Below are positions 56,814 through 64,000 of a stretch of 64,000 bases of DNA, piece by piece (within the stretch, counting starts at the first letter, position 1; every line of letters begins with the position of its first letter). The position numbers and the translations under genes were made by a program. The notes under the pieces are model-generated. The model made no database searches. It was not told the origin of the DNA and saw nothing but the letters and a program-made list of their open reading frames with translations. Origin of the DNA: Gammaproteobacteria bacterium (lineage in GTDB: Bacteria > Pseudomonadota > Gammaproteobacteria > Steroidobacterales > JACDCP01); the NCBI GenBank assembly GCA_035524935.1, contig DATLFD010000003.1, positions 766 to 64,765 on the forward strand, read 5' to 3'.

Positions 56814-57593
56814 ATGAAGCTCGACATCTACCAGGTTGACGCCTTTACCAGCGAGGTGTTCGCCGGAAATCCCGCGGCGGTCTGCCCGCTGAAAGCGGAC
56901 TGGCCCGGCGACGTGCTGCTGCAGTCGATCGCCGCGGAGAACAACCTCTCCGAGACCGCGTTCTTCCGCCGCGAAAACGGCGCTTACGCACTGCGCTGGT
57001 TCACGCCGCGCAGCGAGGTCGACCTGTGCGGCCATGCCACGCTGGCCTCAGCGTTCGTCATCTTCCATCACCTCGAGACCGGCGCACCGGCGCTGCGCTT
57101 CGATACCTGCAGCGGGCAGCTGGAGGTGACACGCGATGGGGAGCTGCTCCGCATGGACTTCCCGAGCCATCCCGCCCGGCGGCTGGCCGGCGACACGGAT
57201 CTCTCCGCCGCGCTCGGCAGCGAGCCCGCGGAAGTGCTGCTGTCGCGCGACTACCTGGCGGTTTTCGACACGCAGGCCGAGATGTTGGCGCTCGATCCCG
57301 ACATGCGCCTGCTCGAGAAGCTCCGGCGCGGCGTCATCGTCAGCGCGCCCGGCGAGGACGCCGATTGCGTGTCGCGCTACTTCGCGCCGCACGTCGGCAT
57401 TCCGGAGGACCCGGTCACGGGCTCCGCGCACTGCACGCTCGTGCCATATTGGGCGCAGCGGCTCGGCCGGAGCACGCTGCGCTGCCGGCAGCTCTCGGCG
57501 CGCGGCGGGGAGCTTCTCTGCGAAGATCTCGGCGCGCGGGTGGCTATCGGGGGCCGCGCGGTACAGTACCTGCGCGGACAAATCGAAGTGTGA
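56814..57593 (+). CDS. PhzF-family isomerase
   Basis: MKLDIYQVDAFTSEVFAGNPAAV...NLSETAFF...RWFTPRSEVDLCGHATLA...PVTGSAHC. Confidence 0.85.
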   Translation: MKLDIYQVDAFTSEVFAGNPAAVCPLKADWPGDVLLQSIAAENNLSETAFFRRENGAYALRWFTPRSEVDLCGHATLASAFVIFHHLETGAPALRFDTCSGQLEVTRDGELLRMDFPSHPARRLAGDTDLSAALGSEPAEVLLSRDYLAVFDTQAEMLALDPDMRLLEKLRRGVIVSAPGEDADCVSRYFAPHVGIPEDPVTGSAHCTLVPYWAQRLGRSTLRCRQLSARGGELLCEDLGARVAIGGRAVQYLRGQIEV

Positions 57594-57618
57594 GCGAAGA
57601 CTTCGCGGCGCGCCGTCA

Positions 57619-58026
57619 ATGACCAGCCGCGCGCAGCGCCTGGCGATGCCGGTCACGGCCGGCGCGCTCGCCGCGGCCGCTGCCGTGGTCGTGGCCACGT
57701 ACGACCGCGAGCGCTCGCTCGAAGTCACCGCCACCGCCTACAACTCGGTCGAATGGCAGACCGACGAGCGCCCCCGGCACACCGCCTTCGGCGACAATCT
57801 CGAGCCCGGAATGCGCGCGATCGCCGTGTCGCGCGACCTGCTGGCGCTCGGGCTCGACGCCGGCACCGCCGTTCACATCGACGGCCTCCCCGGGGTATAT
57901 ATCGTGCGCGACACCATGGGGCGGCGCTGGAAAAAGCGCATCGACATCTACATGGGCGAGGATATCGAGGCGGCGCGCGAGTGGGGCGTGCGCGAGGTCA
58001 CCGTGCGCTGGCGCGAGCAACGCTGA
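57619..58026 (+). CDS. 3D (MltA-like) domain-containing protein
   Basis: Start is ATG 57619. Signal or anchor, then TATAYNS...GMRAIAVSRDLL..G..VHIDGLPGVYIVRDTMGRRWKKRIDIYMG (3D-domain pattern). Confidence 0.7.
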   Translation: MTSRAQRLAMPVTAGALAAAAAVVVATYDRERSLEVTATAYNSVEWQTDERPRHTAFGDNLEPGMRAIAVSRDLLALGLDAGTAVHIDGLPGVYIVRDTMGRRWKKRIDIYMGEDIEAAREWGVREVTVRWREQR

Positions 58027-58101
58027 GCCGCGGTCCGTGCGGGCGCCGGGCGCAGCCTCTACAATGAACGCCGGCCCCGACCGCCCCGGCAGGGAGTACC
58101 A

Positions 58102-58578
58102 GTGCACTACAGCGCGCGCCCCGCCTGGCGCAATTCGATCCTGCGCATCGCCACGGCCCTGCTCGTCGCCGTATTCGGCGGCGCGCTTTCGTTGACGGCG
58201 CTCGCCGATTCCGATCCGCCGCTGCGAGTTGCCGTCGTGGTCGTCGCCGCAGTCATCGCGCTCCTTCTGCTCGCGCCGGGGATCTACCGGCACTACGCGT
58301 GGCGCTACCTGATCGCGGATCGCAGCATCGAGTGCCATTACGGCATCCTGTCGCGCGACGTGAGCGCCGTGCGATTGCGTGACCTGCGCAACGTCAACGT
58401 GCGCCAGTCGATGCTGCAGCGGATCCTGAACGTCGGCGACGTCGAGTTCTCGAGCGCGGGCGGCAGCGGCATCGAGGTCGCGTTTCGCGGCGTGGTCGAT
58501 CCGCTCGGACTCAAGCGCAAGGTGCAGATCGTGCAGGAAGAGCACGATGCGCTGCGCCCGGCGTCGCGGGGCGACTGA
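58102..58578 (+). CDS. bacterial PH-domain (bPH_2 / YdbS-like) membrane protein
   Basis: Two TM helices, then YLIADRSIECHYGILSRDVSAVRLRDLRNVNVRQSMLQRILNVGDVEF. Confidence 0.7.
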   Translation: MHYSARPAWRNSILRIATALLVAVFGGALSLTALADSDPPLRVAVVVVAAVIALLLLAPGIYRHYAWRYLIADRSIECHYGILSRDVSAVRLRDLRNVNVRQSMLQRILNVGDVEFSSAGGSGIEVAFRGVVDPLGLKRKVQIVQEEHDALRPASRGD

Positions 58579-59331
58579 ATGGGCGCCGCGGCCACGGGTG
58601 CGAGGCAGGCGTCAGGCGCCACCGAGACCGAGCGCATGGCCGTGCGCGGCACGCACGAGAACGTGCTCGCGCTCGTCACGGCCACATTTACTCCGGCCCC
58701 CGGCGTCGAGGTGCTCGACGTGGGCGCGGGACGCGGTGGGCTGTCGCGCAAGCTGCTCGAGGCCGGATACCGGGTGCGCGCCTGCGATCTCGATCCCGGG
58801 GCGTTCGCCGTGCCGGGTGTCGAATGCCGGCGGGCCGATGCCGGCGGCGGCCTGCCCTACGCCGACGCAAGCTTCGACCTCGTGCTTGCCGTCGAGCTCG
58901 TCGAGCACATCGAGGGCCACGCGGTGCTGTTCGACGAGATGGGCCGCGTGCTGCGCCCCGGCGGCAGCCTGCTGTTCACCACGCCGAACATCCTGTCGCT
59001 AAAGTCGCGGATGCGTTTCCTGCTGAGCGGGTACTTCTATTCGTTCGGCACGCTCGACCCGGACGTCCTCGACCCGGCTTCGCAGCACATCACGCCCTTC
59101 ACGCTCGACCGTTACCTCTGGCGGCTCCGGCAGAGCGGGCTCTCGGTGAGCCGCGTGTCCACCGACAAGCTGCAGACCAGCTCGCTGCTGCTCGGTTTTC
59201 TGTGGCCGCTGATCCGGGCGTACGCGCGACTCACGCAGGGGCGCTCGTCGAGCGTCGGCCTCGAAAACTCGGCAACTGCGCTGTTCGGTCGCAAGCTCGT
59301 CGTCATCGCGCGCAGGGAACCCGGAGAATGA
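58579..59331 (+). CDS. class-I SAM-dependent methyltransferase
   Basis: VLDVGAGRGGLS (motif I), FDLVLAVELVEHI and LRPGGSLLFTTPN. Starts 1 nt after the upstream stop. Confidence 0.75.
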   Translation: MGAAATGARQASGATETERMAVRGTHENVLALVTATFTPAPGVEVLDVGAGRGGLSRKLLEAGYRVRACDLDPGAFAVPGVECRRADAGGGLPYADASFDLVLAVELVEHIEGHAVLFDEMGRVLRPGGSLLFTTPNILSLKSRMRFLLSGYFYSFGTLDPDVLDPASQHITPFTLDRYLWRLRQSGLSVSRVSTDKLQTSSLLLGFLWPLIRAYARLTQGRSSSVGLENSATALFGRKLVVIARREPGE

Positions 59332-59669
59332 GGAGTTTCCTGCTCCGGCTGCTGATCGGCGCGCTCAGTCTCTGGCTGGCCGCGGCCATCGTGCCCGGCA
59401 TGCAGATCACGGGCATCGGCACGCTGTTCCTGGCCGCATTGCTGCTCGGCCTCGTCAACGCAGTGGTGCGGCCGATATTCATCCTGCTGACCCTGCCGTT
59501 GACCCTGTTGACACTCGGGCTGTTTCTGCTGGTCGTCAATGCGGCGATGCTGGGCCTCGTGGCGGCGATGCTCGACGGCTTCTCGCTGGACGGCTTTTTC
59601 CCGGCCTTGCTCGGCTCGCTGATCGTCAGCCTGACCGGCTGGCTCGCCTCCCGCCACCTCGTGTCCTGA
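59328..59669 (+). CDS. DUF360 / 'phage holin 4_2'-family small membrane protein
   Basis: Its ATG overlaps the upstream TGA. LIGALSLWLAAAIVPGMQI...LLLGLVNAVVRPIFILLTLPLTLLTLGLFLLVVNA. Confidence 0.7.
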   Translation: MRSFLLRLLIGALSLWLAAAIVPGMQITGIGTLFLAALLLGLVNAVVRPIFILLTLPLTLLTLGLFLLVVNAAMLGLVAAMLDGFSLDGFFPALLGSLIVSLTGWLASRHLVS

Positions 59670-59680
59670 GCCTTCCGGGC

Positions 59681-60109
59681 TCAGTCGGTCGACTTGAGCG
59701 GTGTGAACAACCGCAGCACGAGGAAGTTCGCAAGCGATAGAGCGATCGCCATGCCGTACAGGTGATGGGCGACGGCCGCGCCGATCGCGCCCATCATCCA
59801 GATGCTCGCGGCCGATGCCGTGCCTGCGACGCGGTCCTTGCCCTTGAGGATCGCGCCGCCGCCGATGAAGCCGATGCCCGCCATCATGCCCTGCAGCAGC
59901 CTGGCCTGAGCATCGCTGTCACCGGGGCCGATGAACGATTCGCCGACGAGCACGAACGCGCAGCTGCCCATGGCAACCAGCGGAAAGGTCCGCAGGCCCA
60001 TGATCTTCGTATGCCGTTCGCGGTCCCAGGCCACCGGTATCGCCAGGCAAAAGGCGACGCCGAGCTGCAACAGCGACTGCACGGTGTCGCGCCAGTCGAT
60101 TTCGAGCAT
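59681..60109 (-). CDS. MgtC/SapB-family membrane protein
   Basis: Start is ATG 60109. GLRTFPLVAMGSCAF...GIGFIGGGAIL...GTASAASIWMMGAIG. Confidence 0.8.
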   Translation of the reverse strand: MLEIDWRDTVQSLLQLGVAFCLAIPVAWDRERHTKIMGLRTFPLVAMGSCAFVLVGESFIGPGDSDAQARLLQGMMAGIGFIGGGAILKGKDRVAGTASAASIWMMGAIGAAVAHHLYGMAIALSLANFLVLRLFTPLKSTD

Positions 60110-60144
60110 GCCTATCTGCAAGCAAGCCGCGTGCCAGCCGCCGG

Positions 60145-61050
60145 TCAGGGCATGCGCCGCCAGATGCCGCGGGGCCGGCGCGCTGGAAAGGACACCAGCA
60201 TGACGCCGATGAGAATGACCAGCATGCCGGCGAACTTGCGCGGGCCGAGCGCCTCGTCGAGCCACCACCAGCCGAGCACCGTGGCGATCGCGGGATTCAC
60301 GTAGCCGATGGTGCCGAGTTTGTCCGGGGTGGTGTTGCGGATCAGCCAGACGTAGGTGGCGAAGGCGAGGCAGGAACCGAACAGGGTCAGATAGGCCAGT
60401 GCGGCGATGCCCGGCAGGGTCCAGGTCCAGCGCGCGGCCTCCCCGACCGCGAGACCTGCGACGATGAGGGCGCTGCCGCCGGCGAGCATCTGCAAGCCTG
60501 CAAACATGAGCGGCTCGACCGCGACCGGATTGTTCCGGTTATAGGTCGTGCCGGTGGCCCAGCCGATTACCGCCAGCAGGATGCCGCATTGCGCGAGCAG
60601 GTGCGCGCGGTCGAAACCTTCCTCCGGCCAGAACATGAGGATGACGCCGCAGAAGCCGATCCCCAGGCCGAGCATGCTGCGCGCGCTGAGCTTGTGCGCG
60701 TGGCGGCCGAAGGAGCCGAACAGGGCGATCCACAGGGCGGAGCTCGCGGCGATCAGCGCCGCCTGGTTGGAGGCCACCCATTGCTCGCCCCAGGTGACGA
60801 AGAAATTGCCGATCACGATCATGAAGAAGCCCATGACCGCGACCGGTATCCAGTCAGCGCGTCGCGCCGGCCAGCCCTGTCCCAAAAGCCGCGCGAGCAG
60901 CGTGAGCAGGATGCCGGCCACGGCATAGCGCACGCCGGTCATGAGCGCGGGCGGCAGATCGTGCACGCCGATGCGGATGGCGAGATAAGTCGAGCCCCAC
61001 ACCAGGTAGACGACGAGAAACGCCGCCGTCAGGCGGACATATGGGGACAT
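60145..61050 (-). CDS. EamA/DMT-family transporter
   Basis: 10-TM pattern with duplicated EamA halves (VWGSTYLAIRIG...; LGTIGYVNPAIATVLGW). Confidence 0.85.
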   Translation of the reverse strand: MSPYVRLTAAFLVVYLVWGSTYLAIRIGVHDLPPALMTGVRYAVAGILLTLLARLLGQGWPARRADWIPVAVMGFFMIVIGNFFVTWGEQWVASNQAALIAASSALWIALFGSFGRHAHKLSARSMLGLGIGFCGVILMFWPEEGFDRAHLLAQCGILLAVIGWATGTTYNRNNPVAVEPLMFAGLQMLAGGSALIVAGLAVGEAARWTWTLPGIAALAYLTLFGSCLAFATYVWLIRNTTPDKLGTIGYVNPAIATVLGWWWLDEALGPRKFAGMLVILIGVMLVSFPARRPRGIWRRMP

Positions 61051-61112
61051 TCCTGATTTATTCGCTATCCGTGCCGGCGATTGCGTGGCGGAAAAAAATC
61101 AGGAATGTCCCC
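61043..61112. repeat. perfect 17-bp inverted repeat (36-nt spacer) filling the OPT-EamA spacer and covering the EamA start codon
   Basis: GGGGACATTCCTGATTT (61043-61059) and AAATCAGGAATGTCCCC (61096-61112). The EamA ATG (61050-61048, minus strand) lies inside one arm. Confidence 0.7.
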
Positions 61113-61115
61113 TTT

Positions 61116-63050
61116 TCAAGCGTACGCGGGGCCCCTGGAGATCCGGTACAGCACATAAGCGAGCAACGCCACGACGGGCAGGCCCGGCAGGCCGGCGAAC
61201 GGTTCGTCGGCGATCGCGAGCACGCTCGCGTCGCCCGACACCACGATCGGGATGGCCATGAATATGCCGATCAGCGCCTCGCCGGTGATCAGCCCCGCCG
61301 CGAACAGCATGCCCGTGCGCATGTTCGATTCGGTCTGCGCCGCCGAGCCGCGCCGGGCGTTGTGGCGCGCGGCGAGCAGCGACACGACGCCGCCGAAGAA
61401 TATCGGCACCGACAGCTCGAGCGGCAGGTAGATGCCCACGGCGACGGCGAGCACGGGCGCACGGAACTTCGCGCCACGCGCCTTGAGAATTTCGTCGGTG
61501 ACGATGATGGCGATGCCGATGCCGACGCCGAGGCCGACCATCGTCCAGGGCAGGCCGCCGCCGAACACGCCCTTCGCCACCGAGGCCATGAGCGTCGCCT
61601 GCGGCGCGAGCAGCGGATCGGGTTGCGCCTCCGTCGGCACGCCGATGCCGTAGGCCTTGAGCAGCAGGTTCAGGATCGGCGCCAGCACGAACACCGCGGA
61701 AACGGCGCCGATGCTGAGCGCGAGCTGCTGCTTCCAGGGGGTCGAGCCGACGATGTAGCCGGCCTTGAGGTCCTGGAGGTTGTCGCCCGCGATCGCCGCC
61801 GCGCAGCACACCACGGCGCCGATCAGGATGGCAGCGGCGGCGCCGATGGAAGAGTCCGGGCCCATGAGCCACAGCAGCAGCAGCGAAGCGAACAGGATGG
61901 TGGCGATGGTGATGCCGGATATCGGGTTGTTCGACGAGCCGACGAGGCCGGCCATGTAGCCGGCCACCGAGGAAAACAGGAACCCCGCCACCACCATGAT
62001 CAGGGTCATGACCAGCCCGATGCCGAAGCTGCCGACGATGTGCTGGTACAGAAAGAAGATCGGGATCACGAACAGCACGATGCCTGCGAGCACGTACTGC
62101 ATCGGCGTATCCATCTCCGTGTGGTGGACGGCAGTGCCGGCGAGCGCCGCCGAGTATTGCCGCATGCCGCTCTTGACCCCGGAGAGGATCGAGTTGCGCA
62201 GCGAGATCAGCGCCCAGATGCCGCCGATGAGCATGGCGCCCACGCCGAGGTAGCGGATCTGCGTCGACCACACCGCGCCCGCCACGTCGGTCGCCGACTC
62301 GCCGCCGGCGATCATGGCGGCGATGGCCGGGTCCGCGTCTAGGAAGAAGGTCGTGTAGATCGGGATCGCGAAATACCACGAGATGGCGCCGCCCGCGAAC
62401 ACCAGCACGGCGATGTTGAAGCCCACGATATAGCCGACCCCGAGCAGTGCCGGCGACAGGTTTGTGCCGGCATAGGCGATAGTGCCCTGGCCGACGTAGG
62501 TCGCGGCCTGCGCGGTGCCGCTCCACAGTCTCAGGCCCGTCTCGACGAACTTGATGAGCCCGCCCGCTATCGCGGCGACCGCGAGATACTTGAGGCCGCT
62601 GCCGGGGTCCTCGCCGACCTTGAGCACCTCGGCCGTGGCCGTGCCTTCCGGGTAGGCGAGCTTCTGCTCGACGATCAGCGAGCGCCGCAGCGGTATCGAG
62701 AACATTATGCCGAGCAGTCCGCCGAGCCCGGCGATCGCGGCCACCCACCAGTAATGGAACACGTCCCAGTAGCCGAGGATGATGAGCGCCGGCAGCGTGA
62801 AGATGACGCCGGCGGCGACCGACTGCCCGGCCGAGGCAGTGGTCTGCACGATGTTGTTTTCGAGGATGTTCGATTCGCGGAAGAAGCTCAGCACGGCCAT
62901 CGAGACCACCGCGGCCGGAATCGACGCGGACACGGTGAGCCCCGCGAACAGGCCGAGATAGGCATTGGCGCCCGCGAGCACCACGGCGAGCACGATGCCG
63001 AGCACCATGCCCTTGATGGTGATCTGCGGCGGCGGATTGTCGGTGTGCAT
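61116..63050 (-). CDS. OPT-family oligopeptide transporter
   Basis: 644 aa, polytopic. QITIKGMVLGIVLAVVLAGANAYLGLFAGLTVSASIPAAV...NNIVQTTASAG is a typical OPT N-terminus. Confidence 0.9.
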   Translation of the reverse strand: MHTDNPPPQITIKGMVLGIVLAVVLAGANAYLGLFAGLTVSASIPAAVVSMAVLSFFRESNILENNIVQTTASAGQSVAAGVIFTLPALIILGYWDVFHYWWVAAIAGLGGLLGIMFSIPLRRSLIVEQKLAYPEGTATAEVLKVGEDPGSGLKYLAVAAIAGGLIKFVETGLRLWSGTAQAATYVGQGTIAYAGTNLSPALLGVGYIVGFNIAVLVFAGGAISWYFAIPIYTTFFLDADPAIAAMIAGGESATDVAGAVWSTQIRYLGVGAMLIGGIWALISLRNSILSGVKSGMRQYSAALAGTAVHHTEMDTPMQYVLAGIVLFVIPIFFLYQHIVGSFGIGLVMTLIMVVAGFLFSSVAGYMAGLVGSSNNPISGITIATILFASLLLLWLMGPDSSIGAAAAILIGAVVCCAAAIAGDNLQDLKAGYIVGSTPWKQQLALSIGAVSAVFVLAPILNLLLKAYGIGVPTEAQPDPLLAPQATLMASVAKGVFGGGLPWTMVGLGVGIGIAIIVTDEILKARGAKFRAPVLAVAVGIYLPLELSVPIFFGGVVSLLAARHNARRGSAAQTESNMRTGMLFAAGLITGEALIGIFMAIPIVVSGDASVLAIADEPFAGLPGLPVVALLAYVLYRISRGPAYA

Positions 63051-63075
63051 CGTCGCTCCTTATGCGAACGGCGGC

Positions 63076-64000
63076 CTACCAGCCGCAGGCCTGACCCTGG
63101 TTCCGCTCTTCGAGCCAGCCCATGAGCGGCTCGAAATAGTCGATGATCGCCGAGGCATCCATCTGGCCCGAGCCGGTCGCGGCCTCGAGTGCCTCGGGCC
63201 AGGGCTTGCTCGCGCCGAGCTTCATCATGGTCCAGAGCCGGTCGCCGGCCGCCTCGTTGCCGTAAATCGAGCACTCGTGGATCGGGCCCTCGAAACCGCC
63301 GGCCTCGCAAAGGGCGCGATGGAACTGGAACTGCAGGATGCGTGCGAGGAAATAGCGCGTATAGGGCGTATTGCCCGGGATGTGATATTTCGCGCCCGGG
63401 TCGAAATCGGCCTCGCTGCGCGGCACCGGCGGCGCGACGCCCTGATAGCGCGTGCGCAGCGCCCACCAGGCGGCGTTGTAATCCTCCGGCGCGATCTTGC
63501 CGGCGAACACGTTCCAGCGCCACTGGTCGATGAGCTTGCCGAAGGGCAGGAACGCGATCTTGTCCAGCGCGAGCTTCATCTGCTGATTGATGACCGCCTC
63601 GCGGCTCTTCTCGACCTCTTCGACGAGCCCGAGCTCCGCGAGGTAGGCGGGCGTCATCGACAGCGTCATGGTGTCGCCGATGCCCTCGTGGAAGCCGTCG
63701 TGCGCGCCGCTCTTGTAGAGCTCCGGCAGCGGCTTGTAGGCCAGGTAGTAATAGATATGGCCGAGCTCGTGGTGCAGCGTCTGCAGGTGCTCCTCGTTCG
63801 GCAGCACGCATTGCTTGATGCGCACGTCCTCGCCGCCCTCGAGCGGCCAGGCGCTCGCGTGACAGACGACGTCGCGGTCACGCGGCTTGGTGAGCAGCGA
63901 GCGCTCGTAGAAGCTGGCCGGAAGCTCGGGCATGCCGAGCGAAACGAAGAAATTCTCCGCCGTCCTCGTCATGCGCACGGCGTCGTATTCCTGTGCCTGG
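63076..64000 (-). CDS. M2-family peptidyl-dipeptidase (angiotensin-converting-enzyme-like), C-terminal part; gene continues past the window end
   Basis: [10 protein letters not shown] (HExxH zinc motif) and HEGIGDT (third ligand Glu). The frame stays open to position 64000 (…[18 protein letters not shown]). Confidence 0.85.
   Translation of the reverse strand, partial: QAQEYDAVRMTRTAENFFVSLGMPELPASFYERSLLTKPRDRDVVCHASAWPLEGGEDVRIKQCVLPNEEHLQTLHHELGHIYYYLAYKPLPELYKSGAHDGFHEGIGDTMTLSMTPAYLAELGLVEEVEKSREAVINQQMKLALDKIAFLPFGKLIDQWRWNVFAGKIAPEDYNAAWWALRTRYQGVAPPVPRSEADFDPGAKYHIPGNTPYTRYFLARILQFQFHRALCEAGGFEGPIHECSIYGNEAAGDRLWTMMKLGASKPWPEALEAATGSGQMDASAIIDYFEPLMGWLEERNQGQACGW

Noticed and set aside
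59328-59669. A 'phage holin' family gene as evidence of a prophage
   Set aside because: No integrase, capsid, tail, lysin or att features are nearby. The gene is translationally coupled to housekeeping-like neighbours. The DUF360 family name is historical.

Overview
High-GC (about two-thirds G+C by eye) gammaproteobacterial chromosome segment, Xanthomonadales/Nevskiales-like by synteny, spanning the replication-origin neighbourhood. The core is mnmE ... yidC-yidD-rnpA-rpmH | dnaA-dnaN-recF-gyrB. This is followed by plsC-gmhB-glyS-glyQ, glnA, a roughly 17.6-kb xanthomonadin-like aryl-polyene pigment gene cluster, then trmL, gpsA-secB-rhodanese, envC-ctpA and assorted membrane and peptide-uptake genes. 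Two places break the usual origin-region synteny. (1) A 13.8-kb block lies between mnmE and yidC. It holds a full cyanophycin make-and-break operon (iadA-cphE-cphA-cphA2), a GMC oxidoreductase, a methyltransferase-like/GT2/FemAB-like trio and capA. (2) The most unusual object is a 3.2-kb AT-richer element inserted in the short rpmH|dnaA promoter gap. It has 21-bp terminal inverted repeats and an 8-bp target-site duplication. It carries an IS1-family transposase plus about six passenger ORFs, including a Gp49/HigB-like toxin, an XRE regulator and a DUF3467 protein in an overlapping three-gene string. Other points worth a second look are a candidate oriC in the dnaA-dnaN spacer, two WxWxIP halogenase paralogues in the pigment cluster, a 34-codon (33-aa) ORF coupled at both ends between two cluster genes, a perfect 17-bp inverted repeat burying the start codon of an EamA transporter, and several genes with no canonical start codon where the conserved N-terminus begins (gpsA, rnpA, the MMPL exporter). 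I found no rRNA, tRNA or CRISPR array. Many long ORFs in the track are antisense or mirror-frame artefacts of high GC and were not called. All functional calls rest on motif recognition by eye, not on database searches.
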